From a virus (Duplodnaviria; Caudoviricetes), in the IMG/VR virus record IMGVR_UViG_3300024346_000003: a stretch of 64,000 bases of DNA, one strand, 5' to 3'. Position numbers and translations under genes: made by a program. This document shows, piece by piece, positions 19,907 to 29,872 of this stretch (within the stretch, counting starts at the first letter, position 1; every line of letters begins with the position of its first letter). The notes under the pieces are model-generated. The model saw only the letters and a list, made by a program, of their open reading frames with translations, had not been told where the DNA came from and did no database searches.

Positions 19907-20881
19907 ATGAATAAAAAAGCATTTATAACGGGTATTGCTGGACAAGATGGTAGTTACCTTGCTGAATATCTATTGTCATTAGGTTATGAAATACATGGTA
20001 TAATTAGAAGGAATTCATTTGTTGAAGGTCAACAAGCTAGATTAACCGAAATTAATACTAAAATAAATTTACATTATGGTGATTTACTAGACCAATCATC
20101 ACTTGAAAGATTATTATATGATATACAACCAGATGAGATTTATAATTTAGGGGCCCAAAGTCATGTTAGAATTAGTTTTGATATTCCACAATTTACTGTT
20201 CAAACAAATGCATTAGGTGTATTAAATATACTTGAGGCTTATAAACGAGCATGCCCTAACGCTAGATTTTACCAAGCTAGTTCGAGTGAAATGTTTGGTA
20301 ATAGTGTTGATTTAGACGGATTCCAAAGAGAAACAACACCAATGCACCCTGTTAGCCCATATGGTTGCTCAAAATTATTTGGGTATTCGATTGTTAGAAA
20401 TTATAGAAATGCATATAAATTACATGCTACTAATGGTATATTATTTAATCATGAATCACCCAGAAGAGGTTCTAATTTTGTGACAAATAAAGTTGTAAAA
20501 ACAGCAGTTGAAATTAAATTAGGGTTAAACGATAAATTAGTTTTGGGTAATATGGATAGTTATCGAGACTGGGGTCACTCAAAAGATTATGTTAGAGCTA
20601 TGCATTTAATTAATAACCATCACACACCAGATGATTTTGTTGTGTCAACAATGGAAACGCATTCAGTTAGAGAAATGGTTGAATACGTATTTAAAAAAAT
20701 AGATATGGATTATGAACAATATGTTAGCCAAGACTCTAAATTTATAAGACCAGAAGAGTTAAAATATTTAAAAGGTGACTCAACAAAAATTAGAACAATG
20801 CTTGGTTGGGAACCAGAATATACATTTGAAACATTAATGGATGATATGATTGATGGTTGGTTTACTTTATTAAAAAAATAA
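19907..20881 (+). CDS. gmd: GDP-mannose 4,6-dehydratase
   Basis: AFITGIAGQDGSYLAE, YNLGAQSHV, QASSSEMFG, SPYGCSK, LFNHESPRRG, RDWGH. Confidence 0.97.
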   Translation: MNKKAFITGIAGQDGSYLAEYLLSLGYEIHGIIRRNSFVEGQQARLTEINTKINLHYGDLLDQSSLERLLYDIQPDEIYNLGAQSHVRISFDIPQFTVQTNALGVLNILEAYKRACPNARFYQASSSEMFGNSVDLDGFQRETTPMHPVSPYGCSKLFGYSIVRNYRNAYKLHATNGILFNHESPRRGSNFVTNKVVKTAVEIKLGLNDKLVLGNMDSYRDWGHSKDYVRAMHLINNHHTPDDFVVSTMETHSVREMVEYVFKKIDMDYEQYVSQDSKFIRPEELKYLKGDSTKIRTMLGWEPEYTFETLMDDMIDGWFTLLKK

Positions 20882-20883
20882 TT

Positions 20884-21594
20884 ATGGAGTTTACAAGCGG
20901 GGTAAATAAAGATTTTACTGAAGACATTAAAATAATGTTTAATGCTTTGAAAAATGGTGAAAAATTTTCATTCAGCAAATACGCTGATGGTGAATATGCA
21001 ATCTTAATTAATAGAAAAATAACTAACTGCGATAACTGGACATACAACCCAGAATTACACCAATTATATAGAGATGAATTAATGGAGTCATATCAATATA
21101 GTGTAGACGGTTATTATGTTGGTATATCGTGTCCTTGTTGTGTTGGTGATATTGACACCAAATGGATGCGTGATAATGTTATGGTTGGTGACAAAAACTT
21201 AACATGGGCGAATATTCTAGTAAATGGTAATTATAATTTTTTTAAAGAAAATTTTATACCAGAATTTAAGAACCATAATATAATTTTAGTTGCGAATGAA
21301 AATGCTAATATTAAAAATTTACCATTTGATGTTGAAGAACACATAAAGGTAACTGGTACAGCATGGAAAGATAATTTTAGTTTATTAGAGTCATTACCTA
21401 ATAAAGATTATACTGATAAATTATTTTTATTTTGTGCTGGACCACTAGGGAATATGTTAGCATATAATATGTGGAAAAAAAATAAAAAAAATACCTATAT
21501 GGATATAGGGTCAACACTAAACACTTGGTTAGTTGGTAATAACAGAGGATATCTTATGGGTAGTCCTACAATAAATAAAATATGTAATTGGTAA
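20884..21594 (+). CDS. Sugar-island protein, possibly GT-D-fold glycosyltransferase
   Basis: FSFSKYADGE..LFCAGPLG..YMDIGS. Confidence 0.55.
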   Translation: MEFTSGVNKDFTEDIKIMFNALKNGEKFSFSKYADGEYAILINRKITNCDNWTYNPELHQLYRDELMESYQYSVDGYYVGISCPCCVGDIDTKWMRDNVMVGDKNLTWANILVNGNYNFFKENFIPEFKNHNIILVANENANIKNLPFDVEEHIKVTGTAWKDNFSLLESLPNKDYTDKLFLFCAGPLGNMLAYNMWKKNKKNTYMDIGSTLNTWLVGNNRGYLMGSPTINKICNW

Positions 21595-21597
21595 ATT

Positions 21598-22206
21598 ATG
21601 GGAGCAGATAGTAAATATTGCAAAGAAGCGTATCCGATACCAGAAGGTATCAATAAAAAAATAGCTATAGATATAGGTGCAAATATAGGTGGTTTCTCAA
21701 CTGCTTATCATAAAGATTTTGAAAAAATAATATTTTTTGAGGCAAATCCAAATGCATTCGAAATTGCTAAAAATAACACAAATAATTTTAAAAATGTTGA
21801 AGGTTATAATTTAGCGGTATCTGATGAAAGTGGCAAGGTGTTAAAACTGATGAATCACTTTAGTAAAGATTTAGGTAGTGTAAGTTGCTCACCAAGTATA
21901 ACGGGTGTAAATAAAGATTGGGTCGAATCTATTGGGGAGATACAAACAACCTCATTAGAAGATATATTTAAAATGATTGGGAACCAAAGAATTAATTACT
22001 TAAAATTAGATTGTGAAAATTCTGAATATGAAATATTAATGAATAAAGATTTATCAAACATTGATTATATAGCTATGGAATTACATTGGCAAATGGGTGA
22101 AGAAAAATATAAAGAATTATTGGATTATGTATCTAAATTTTTCAAAGTAAGTGGTAATACAAATTTTATTGTTGATAGAAACACGTTAATTTATTTATCA
22201 AAATGA
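21598..22206 (+). CDS. FkbM-family SAM methyltransferase
   Basis: IDIGANIGGFS..FEAN..LAVSD..LKLDCENSEY. Confidence 0.9.
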   Translation: MGADSKYCKEAYPIPEGINKKIAIDIGANIGGFSTAYHKDFEKIIFFEANPNAFEIAKNNTNNFKNVEGYNLAVSDESGKVLKLMNHFSKDLGSVSCSPSITGVNKDWVESIGEIQTTSLEDIFKMIGNQRINYLKLDCENSEYEILMNKDLSNIDYIAMELHWQMGEEKYKELLDYVSKFFKVSGNTNFIVDRNTLIYLSK

Positions 22207-23201
22207 TATTATTAACTTATGGTACTAGACCAGAATGGATTAAAATCAAACCATTGGTAAATAAAATGACTGAAGAAAATATTCAGTTTAAAACATTATT
22301 TACTGGTCAACATAAGGATTTGGTGTCAAATGATGCTGATTATAATATCAACATGTCTGATATTTCTGAAAATAGATTAGATAATATAATAAATAATTGT
22401 ACCAACTTACCAAATAATATATTTGATGGTATAACACATGTTTTAGTTCAAGGTGATACTAGCTCAGCCCTCGGCTTGGCAATTACAGCATTTCATAGAC
22501 AAATAAAGATTATACATTTAGAAGCTGGTTTAAGGACTTACAATTATTCAAACCCATACCCAGAAGAAATGAATAGACAGTTAATAGGTAGGGTATCAGA
22601 CATCAACTTATGTCCAACACTTTATAATATGGATAATTTGAAAAATGAAAATGTTATGGGTGAATCATATGTTGTTGGAAATACAGGTTTGGATAATTTA
22701 CTTCAGCATAAGCATATGGTGACGTATGAAGATATCGTTTTAATCACATTACATAGACGTGAAAATCATGAAAAAATTGAATCATGGTTTAATGAAATTA
22801 ATAAATTGGCCTTAGAGTTTCCGAATATTAAATTCATATTACCCATACACCCAAACCCAAATGTTAGAAAATATAAAGATATATTAACTAATATTGAAGT
22901 GGTTGAACCATTATCACATAGTGAATTACTGGAAATTTTGATTAAATGTAAATTAGTTATAACTGATAGTGGTGGGTTACAAGAAGAGTGTTCGTTTTTG
23001 AATAAAAAATGTTTGGTTTGTAGAGAAATAACTGAACGACCTGAATCAATAGGATTCACTACTTTTATGGTGAAAAAACCAAAAGATTTAAATTTAATAT
23101 TTAATGTACATATTTATGAGTATGATGTAAATTATACGTCACCTTTTGGTGATGGTCATGCATCTGAAAAAATAATAAAAATATTTAAAGATGTTTTATA
23201 A
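22203..23201 (+). CDS. wecB: UDP-N-acetylglucosamine 2-epimerase (non-hydrolysing)
   Basis: GTRPEWIK, TGQH, VQGDT, HLEAGLRT, PEEMNR, TLHRREN, TDSGGLQEE, PFGDGHAS. Confidence 0.95.
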   Translation: MILLTYGTRPEWIKIKPLVNKMTEENIQFKTLFTGQHKDLVSNDADYNINMSDISENRLDNIINNCTNLPNNIFDGITHVLVQGDTSSALGLAITAFHRQIKIIHLEAGLRTYNYSNPYPEEMNRQLIGRVSDINLCPTLYNMDNLKNENVMGESYVVGNTGLDNLLQHKHMVTYEDIVLITLHRRENHEKIESWFNEINKLALEFPNIKFILPIHPNPNVRKYKDILTNIEVVEPLSHSELLEILIKCKLVITDSGGLQEECSFLNKKCLVCREITERPESIGFTTFMVKKPKDLNLIFNVHIYEYDVNYTSPFGDGHASEKIIKIFKDVL

Positions 23202-24166
23202 TGGAAAATATAGAAAATTCCGATATCTGCTTTTTAATACCATCATTTAATAGATACGAAAAGTTATGTAATCTATTGACTCAAATAAGTGGGTACACTG
23301 GGGTTAACACAATAATATATAATGATGCATCAACAATTGGTAATTATGCTAATATTGAAACCTTATATACAAATACTAAAGTAATTAAGGGTGAAAACAA
23401 CAATGGTAGAGCAAAATTTGATTTGACGATAAAAACGTTATTTAAAGAAGGTATGAAAACCGATTTTAAATATTTCATTTTAATTGCTGACGATATGGGA
23501 TTATGTGATGATTTTGTACATCACCTTAAACCACTATTGGATGAAAAAACAATAGTTAACTTGTTTTCATTAAGTGATGGAGGATGGGCCTGTACAGCAT
23601 ATATAGACGGTGTGTTCTCAATAAGTAAAATGGGGTTGGAAATTGTATACAATTTGTTACCAAATAAATCTAGAGATGAAAATCAGAAATCAACTGGTGT
23701 TTGGTCATCAGTTACTACTAAATTTTGTAGACAAAAAACTTATGGATATAGATTAGCATGTTTGAACTACACATTAGTTCAACACTATGGTAATGAGGAT
23801 TCTAAATTACATTTTAAGTTTAGAAAATTAAGACCAATTGTGGCTCATAATTTTTACAATGATTTTTATGGTAATGAAATAAAAATTGTTAGTTATTCGG
23901 GATTGTCGACTAAGGTAAAAAAAAAAGACATATCAAATGGTAAAAATAGTAAAAATAATAGCGTTGTTGAACCATATGTTGAACCAAATGTTGAACCAAA
24001 ACCAACACAACCAATCATTAACTCACCAATAGAATATGATAAAAGTAAGTTAAATAATATTAGGGAAGGTTTAAATAAACAAAAACAAAGTAGAATAACT
24101 AAAATTAATGATGATGTTTTTTTGGCTAAAGTTAGAAAACGGAATTTAAAGTTAGGTGGTAGGTAA
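23201..24166 (+). CDS. GT2-like glycosyltransferase with Pro/Lys-rich C-terminal tail
   Basis: FLIPSFNR..IIYNDAS..ILIADD..LVQHYG, then low-complexity tail after an A10 tract. Confidence 0.65.
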   Translation: MENIENSDICFLIPSFNRYEKLCNLLTQISGYTGVNTIIYNDASTIGNYANIETLYTNTKVIKGENNNGRAKFDLTIKTLFKEGMKTDFKYFILIADDMGLCDDFVHHLKPLLDEKTIVNLFSLSDGGWACTAYIDGVFSISKMGLEIVYNLLPNKSRDENQKSTGVWSSVTTKFCRQKTYGYRLACLNYTLVQHYGNEDSKLHFKFRKLRPIVAHNFYNDFYGNEIKIVSYSGLSTKVKKKDISNGKNSKNNSVVEPYVEPNVEPKPTQPIINSPIEYDKSKLNNIREGLNKQKQSRITKINDDVFLAKVRKRNLKLGGR

Positions 24167-24171
24167 TTATG

Positions 24172-24200
24172 TTTACATTTTTTAAGATATTAATTATATT
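24172..24200 (+). promoter_or_regulatory. Sigma70-like promoter without TTTG
   Basis: TTTACA-N17-TATATT, 14 nt before ATG 24215. Confidence 0.55.
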
Positions 24201-24214
24201 AGTTTAAAAAATAT

Positions 24215-25210
24215 ATGAGTAATTGGATTAAGAAGCAAATAACAAATATAGCAATCGCTATGGGTAATACTGAAAAAAATGCATTCGGTCAAGAGGGTAT
24301 TGAGATTAGTGCTGACACTGCAAAACACCAAAGATTAAATCAAAACTCAGTAATGGACGCTCTACTTCGTGGTGAAATAACTGAAGAAGTTGAAAAATTA
24401 AGATGGAGAATGTATAAAACTACAGCTTCACTTAAAAATTATGGTAGTAAAGTTATTGGTTACGATGATGACGGATACCCAATAATGGAAACAAGTTATT
24501 ATGGTGATGAAGATAGATTATTAAAAATAAAAACAGAACCAACCGATACTTATCCATTAATTATGGTTATAGATAATACAAATATAAGTTCTGGTGTTGG
24601 TGCATCATTAAATCGAGATATTCAAATTTATAAAGAATCTGAAGAATCAACAACTGAAAATATTATAGATGAAAGTATTTTGAATATTGATGATTCAGTT
24701 AATGCTGAAACTAATATATCTTTAAATATTGGCGATAGTAAAACTATTGGTGAAACTAAAGACAATACTACCCAATTAAATCTACCAATATCAATCACTA
24801 GGGAACATAGACCTAAATTTGAATTGGAAAACCACACAAAAAAATTACATGTTAAAAAAATATCACATAAAGAATTTTTATTAGAATTCTTTATATCAAA
24901 ATATCCTGAACAATTTGATAAAAATCACCATTTCTTCTTATCAGATATTAAAAAAATAATAGCAACCCCAACTAAATATAATTCAACTGTTGATATTAAA
25001 CAAGTATCATTCATAACAAATAACGCAGTTGGTGTACCTGATTTCTTAGAATTTGAATATTCAATAAACAAATTTGATAAAATTGTAGAATTCAATGAAT
25101 TTTATGTAGTTAAATTCATTGCTACTGTTACAGTTGAAGCAAAAAGTATTATTGAAAAATACAAAAATGAAGAATTAGAACAAAAATATAACAATAAAGA
25201 AAAACGTTAA
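24215..25210 (+). CDS. Hypothetical protein
   Basis: 331 aa with own promoter. Confidence 0.7.
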   Translation: MSNWIKKQITNIAIAMGNTEKNAFGQEGIEISADTAKHQRLNQNSVMDALLRGEITEEVEKLRWRMYKTTASLKNYGSKVIGYDDDGYPIMETSYYGDEDRLLKIKTEPTDTYPLIMVIDNTNISSGVGASLNRDIQIYKESEESTTENIIDESILNIDDSVNAETNISLNIGDSKTIGETKDNTTQLNLPISITREHRPKFELENHTKKLHVKKISHKEFLLEFFISKYPEQFDKNHHFFLSDIKKIIATPTKYNSTVDIKQVSFITNNAVGVPDFLEFEYSINKFDKIVEFNEFYVVKFIATVTVEAKSIIEKYKNEELEQKYNNKEKR

Positions 25211-25211
25211 T

Positions 25212-26096
25212 ATGGCCAGACCTAAAAAAGTAACACCCGAATTTGAATCAACAGCTAGACCAGTCGTCAGAACCGCTAAAAAAGTATTAAGTAAAGAAGA
25301 ACTATTAACCAGTATTAGGTTATCTATAAAATGTAAAAACGAAACACAAAAGAAATTAATAAACACTATTAAAGATAATGATGTCACCATCTGTACTGGC
25401 GTAGCTGGTACTGGTAAAACATTAATTAGTGTATATGAGGCATTAACATTATTTAAAGCACACCCAACTATCTATAAAGAGATTAAATTGGTTAAATCAA
25501 TCACACAATTGAAAAATGAAGAGTTAGGTACATTACCTGGTGATGAGAAAGATAAACTTAAATTCCATATGATGTCTTTCTTAGATGCATTTCATAAGTT
25601 AATAGGTGAAGACTTAACAAATAAGTTAATTGAATATGGGTTAATTAAAATGGAAGTGTTTGGGGCGATTAGAGGTAGGTCTTTTACTAATTCCATAATC
25701 ATCATAGATGAGTTCCAAAATATATCAAAGGACAACGCTAAAACGTTCCTAACTCGATTCTCAGAAGATACTAAAGTAATTGTATTAGGAGATTCTGGTC
25801 AAATTGATTTGAAGAACAAAAAGGATAGTGCACTGGAACCATTAGTTAACAAAGTTAAAAATAAACCAGTTGAAGGTGTTGATATTGTTGTATTTGACAA
25901 ATCTGATGTTGTAAGACATAGATTAACATCATACTTTATCGATGTATTTGAAGAAATTATTGCAGATGACGAACCTAAGAAAAATATTAATACTGTTAAA
26001 CCACCAAATCCACCAAAGTCAAAAATGGTAAGAGAAGGAGGTAAATTAGTCTGGTTGAGAAAACTTAAAATATTTTTTAAAAGAAAATTCAAGTAA
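25212..26096 (+). CDS. phoH: PhoH-family ATPase
   Basis: GVAGTGKT, LGTLPGD, RGRSF, IIIDEFQN, VLGDSGQID, DVVRH. Confidence 0.93.
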   Translation: MARPKKVTPEFESTARPVVRTAKKVLSKEELLTSIRLSIKCKNETQKKLINTIKDNDVTICTGVAGTGKTLISVYEALTLFKAHPTIYKEIKLVKSITQLKNEELGTLPGDEKDKLKFHMMSFLDAFHKLIGEDLTNKLIEYGLIKMEVFGAIRGRSFTNSIIIIDEFQNISKDNAKTFLTRFSEDTKVIVLGDSGQIDLKNKKDSALEPLVNKVKNKPVEGVDIVVFDKSDVVRHRLTSYFIDVFEEIIADDEPKKNINTVKPPNPPKSKMVREGGKLVWLRKLKIFFKRKFK

Positions 26097-26098
26097 AC

Positions 26099-26127
26099 TT
26101 TACTTTAATATCTAATTCCAGTATCAT
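26099..26127 (+). promoter_or_regulatory. Sigma70-like promoter without TTTG
   Basis: TTTACT-N17-TATCAT, 6 nt before ATG 26134. Confidence 0.55.
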
Positions 26128-26133
26128 TGTTAT

Positions 26134-26742
26134 ATGAAAATTGGGATTAGTATTAACGAAGTTTTAAGGGACACATTGTCTCAGATGGATTATACTTATA
26201 GTAAGTATATCACAGGTAAAGATACAACTATAACTAGAGATGAAATTACATCATTTAATCTAGAAAAACATTTTGTATTTGACTCTAAAAAAGATTTAAA
26301 TCGTTTTTTATATGATGAAGCGAGTTTAGAGATTTTTGGACATGCAGACCAGATGGTTGAAAATTTGATGACTAAATTCAACATGTTTTTAGTTGATATT
26401 GAAGAAGAAGAAGAACACACTATTGAAATAGTTAGTAGAGAATTCTTAAGAAGTATCCCATCAACATTATTTTTCCTATCTAAATTAGGGTGTAGAGCAT
26501 CAAATATACGATTCGTAAAACAACATGATGAAGAGTGGGGTGATTTAGATGTACTTATTACAGCAAACCCTGAAGCCTTAAAAAACAAACCAAAAGATAA
26601 AATTTCAGTAAAAATCAAAGCACCTTACAATAGCGATGTTGTAGGTGATTTTGAATTGGATTCAATCTTAGATTTTATTATGGATGGTGCATTAAGAGAT
26701 AAAATTTTAAACACAAAAATAACAACGCAAGAACAATTATAA
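26134..26742 (+). CDS. 5'-nucleotidase/HAD-like protein with degenerate motif I
   Basis: MKIGISINEVLRD in place of IxIDxDxV; DVLITANP..KIKAPYN. Confidence 0.55.
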   Translation: MKIGISINEVLRDTLSQMDYTYSKYITGKDTTITRDEITSFNLEKHFVFDSKKDLNRFLYDEASLEIFGHADQMVENLMTKFNMFLVDIEEEEEHTIEIVSREFLRSIPSTLFFLSKLGCRASNIRFVKQHDEEWGDLDVLITANPEALKNKPKDKISVKIKAPYNSDVVGDFELDSILDFIMDGALRDKILNTKITTQEQL

Positions 26743-26743
26743 G

Positions 26744-27106
26744 ATGGAAGATATTATTCTAGAATTTGGAGGAATTGCCTACTACCTTGATTTTGATGGG
26801 CTCGAAAATATATTAAAACCTGATGCTGATTTAGAATCTGGTGAGATTGAAGAGAGTGAAACTAAAACAACATATATCCAAGGTGGTATTGAGAAAACAG
26901 AAGTAATAATTAAAAAATACCATAAAGGTAAAGAAATTGATATTTCGAAATATGAAACATATAGAACTTTAATAGAAATACTATTATCGTATAATGAAGA
27001 GAGTGATGATACTTTAGGTCCTGAAAGAGGTTTAAATAGCACACCACTTCCATTTAAAATAGCATTTAATACCTTAGTAAAATACAAAGTACTAAAGGAA
27101 TTATAA
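26744..27106 (+). CDS. Hypothetical protein
   Basis: 120 aa in operon. Confidence 0.7.
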   Translation: MEDIILEFGGIAYYLDFDGLENILKPDADLESGEIEESETKTTYIQGGIEKTEVIIKKYHKGKEIDISKYETYRTLIEILLSYNEESDDTLGPERGLNSTPLPFKIAFNTLVKYKVLKEL

Positions 27107-27128
27107 TAACAAACAAATAAAATTAGTT

Positions 27129-28265
27129 ATGTCAGAAAACGTAAACAAAGTAAATGAAGAACAAGTAAACGCTGTTATTGAGAAACTAGAATCAAAAGAT
27201 TTCGGTATTTATTTCTTCACATTAGACACTAAAGGTAACCCAGTAGCTGGTGTTGCAAACATTTATGAACATGTAAAAGTTCTAAACGAATTGGGTTATA
27301 AAGCCACAATTCTACATGAAAAAAATGATTACAAAAAATTCGGTGATGAAGATGAAAATGGATTGGCTGATTGGTTAGGTGAAGAGTATGCAAATCTACC
27401 TCACGTATCAATTGAAGATGGTGCATTAAATGTTGGACCACAAGATTTTTTAATCATCCCAGAGGTATTCTCAACTATAATGCAACAAAAAGAAGTTAGG
27501 TCACTACCTTGTAAAAAAATTGTATTTTCACAAAGTCATGAATACATTTTTGAATTGCTACCATTAGGTAGAAGATGGACTGACTTTGGATTTAATGATG
27601 TAATCACAACGTCAACAAAACAAGGTGATTATTTAAAATCATTATTCCCAAGTATTCAATCACATGTGGTTCCAGTTGCAATATCTAGCAAATTTAAACC
27701 ATCAGATAAACCAAAATTACCAATCGTTACTATACACGCTAGAAATCAAAGTGATGTAGCTAAAATCACAAAAGCATTCTATTTACAATACCCAATTTAT
27801 AAATGGTTAACATTTAAAGAATTAAGAGGATTATCAAAAGCACAATTTGCTGATGAGTTATCAAAATCTTGTTTAGCTATTTGGGTTGATGATGTTGCTG
27901 GATTTGGGACATTCCCATTAGAAGCGATTGAATGTAATACACCAGTAATTGCAAAAATACCAAATATGGTTCCAGAATGGATGGAAGAAATCGATTCAGA
28001 TGGTCAAGCACTTTTAAAATATAACGGTCTATGGACTAATACAACATTAAACATTCCTGAATTAATCTCAACATATATGAAAGTTTGGTTGGAAGATTCA
28101 GTACCACAAGAATTAATGGATGGTATGGATGAAGTTAAAGGTGTATATAGTGAAGAAAACCAAAAAGTTAAAATTGAAGAAGTTTACGGTTCCCTAGTTC
28201 AAAATAGAATTGGTGAATTCAAAAACATAATTGATTCTATTAATGTAGAATCAGCAACTAAATAA
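27129..28265 (+). CDS. GT-B (GT4-like) glycosyltransferase
   Basis: GVANIYEHVKVL..LIIPE..GFGTFPLEAIECNTPV. Confidence 0.8.
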   Translation: MSENVNKVNEEQVNAVIEKLESKDFGIYFFTLDTKGNPVAGVANIYEHVKVLNELGYKATILHEKNDYKKFGDEDENGLADWLGEEYANLPHVSIEDGALNVGPQDFLIIPEVFSTIMQQKEVRSLPCKKIVFSQSHEYIFELLPLGRRWTDFGFNDVITTSTKQGDYLKSLFPSIQSHVVPVAISSKFKPSDKPKLPIVTIHARNQSDVAKITKAFYLQYPIYKWLTFKELRGLSKAQFADELSKSCLAIWVDDVAGFGTFPLEAIECNTPVIAKIPNMVPEWMEEIDSDGQALLKYNGLWTNTTLNIPELISTYMKVWLEDSVPQELMDGMDEVKGVYSEENQKVKIEEVYGSLVQNRIGEFKNIIDSINVESATK

Positions 28266-28274
28266 TATTTTATT

Positions 28275-29057
28275 ATGAATAATATAACAGTAATTATCCC
28301 ATTACATGAGGTTTCAGAAGATACTGAAAAATTATATGAAAACGCCATTAAAAGCGTTGAAGAACAAACGGTAAAACCAACACAGGTTTTAATCGTTACA
28401 CCTAAAGGTAGTGAAGCTAATTCATTTGCTAATAAATTTGACTATAAAACAATTAAAGACTTAGTTAAGGTTATTGAGAATGATGGTAAAACAGACTTCG
28501 CATCACAAATTAATTTTGGTGTTGCTAATTGTGAAACTGAATGGTTTTCTATCTTAGAATACGATGATGAGTATTCAAAAATTTGGTTCAAAAATGTTCA
28601 AACATATGTTGATGCATATCCAGAAGTTGATATCTTTATGCCAATAATCGTTGACGTTGATGAATTCGGTCAATTTATCGGATTTACAAATGAAGCGGTT
28701 TGGGCTAATAGTTTTTCAGAAGAACTTGGTATCCTAGACAAAGATGCATTATTAGCATACCAAAATTTCAATATTGATGGTATTGTTATGAAAAAAGAAT
28801 CTTATGAAATGTATGGTGGTTTTAAATCAAATATGAAATTAACATTTATTTATGAATTCTTATTAAGAATGACATATAAATCATGTAAAGTAATGACAAT
28901 ACCTAGATTTGGGTACAAACATGTTAACCAAAGAGTTGGGTCATTATTCCATAGCTATAAACTTAGTATGAATCCAGTTGAAGCCAACTGGTGGTTAAAT
29001 AAAGCTAAATCTGAGTTTTATCACGAACAAGATAGAGAGATAAGCTATACCGAATAA
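28275..29057 (+). CDS. GT2 glycosyltransferase
   Basis: ITVIIPLH..QINFGV..WFSILEYDD..YEFLLR. Confidence 0.85.
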   Translation: MNNITVIIPLHEVSEDTEKLYENAIKSVEEQTVKPTQVLIVTPKGSEANSFANKFDYKTIKDLVKVIENDGKTDFASQINFGVANCETEWFSILEYDDEYSKIWFKNVQTYVDAYPEVDIFMPIIVDVDEFGQFIGFTNEAVWANSFSEELGILDKDALLAYQNFNIDGIVMKKESYEMYGGFKSNMKLTFIYEFLLRMTYKSCKVMTIPRFGYKHVNQRVGSLFHSYKLSMNPVEANWWLNKAKSEFYHEQDREISYTE

Positions 29058-29067
29058 AATAAGTATA

Positions 29068-29817
29068 ATGGCTAAGCAAAGAGGACGAAAAAGGACGAAT
29101 GACTTATATTTTGGCCCAGAAGAAGAAGCAGCTGTTATAAGATTTTTAGGATGTAATGATGAAATAGAAAGGAATGCAATCTACAATGAATGGTTAAGAG
29201 CACCATTTAATAAAATGATTGAATCGATAATCAGAAGGTATAAATTATATAGAAAAGGGGTGTCATTTGAAGATTTACATTCTGACACCCTATCCTTCCT
29301 GATAACAAAAGCAGATAAATTTGATATAAATTCTGGTAAAAAAGCCTATTCTTACTATGGGACAATTTGTAAACACTATATACTAGGTTTACTAATAAAA
29401 GACGATGGTAATACTAAACAATTATATTCATATGAAGACTTAAGTCAATCATATTTAGATGATAGAGTAGATTTACAATATGAGATTGATGATAAAGATT
29501 TTACTTTAGATAAATTCATAATAAAACTAACTGATGGGATTAAAGTTGAAATTGATAATAATGAAAACTTACCACCCAAGAAAAAATTAAATGAAAATGA
29601 AGTAAAAGTGGGTTATGCACTTATTGATATTTTAGAAAATTGGGAACAAACATTAGATGTTATGAATGGTGGTTCAAAGTTTAATAAAAATTCAGTACTT
29701 GAAACCATGCGAAATTATACAAATTTGTCGACAAAAGACATTAGGTCGTCAATGAAAAGATATAAAGATATATACGCTATATTAAAAATAGATGGATTAG
29801 AAAACGGATTTGAATAA
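29068..29817 (+). CDS. RNA polymerase sigma-factor-like protein (possible gp55 analogue)
   Basis: YFGPEEEAAV..KMIESII..DLHSDTLSFLITKADKFDINSGKKAYSYYGTICKHY resembles sigma region 2. Confidence 0.65.
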   Translation: MAKQRGRKRTNDLYFGPEEEAAVIRFLGCNDEIERNAIYNEWLRAPFNKMIESIIRRYKLYRKGVSFEDLHSDTLSFLITKADKFDINSGKKAYSYYGTICKHYILGLLIKDDGNTKQLYSYEDLSQSYLDDRVDLQYEIDDKDFTLDKFIIKLTDGIKVEIDNNENLPPKKKLNENEVKVGYALIDILENWEQTLDVMNGGSKFNKNSVLETMRNYTNLSTKDIRSSMKRYKDIYAILKIDGLENGFE

Positions 29818-29832
29818 AAAAATCCGTTTTTT
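29801..29832 (+). terminator. Intrinsic terminator overlapping sigma-gene stop
   Basis: AAAACGGATT-N10-AATCCGTTTT-TT. Confidence 0.7.
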
Positions 29833-29872
29833 ATGTATTTATAGTATATAACAATAATCAATTTGATTTATT

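Noticed and set aside
12588-24166. Bacterial chromosome O-antigen locus (cellular contig)
   Set aside because: Flanked by and co-oriented with phage genes of the same composition; lacks wzx/wzy/wzz, and the window has no ribosomal or other core cellular genes.
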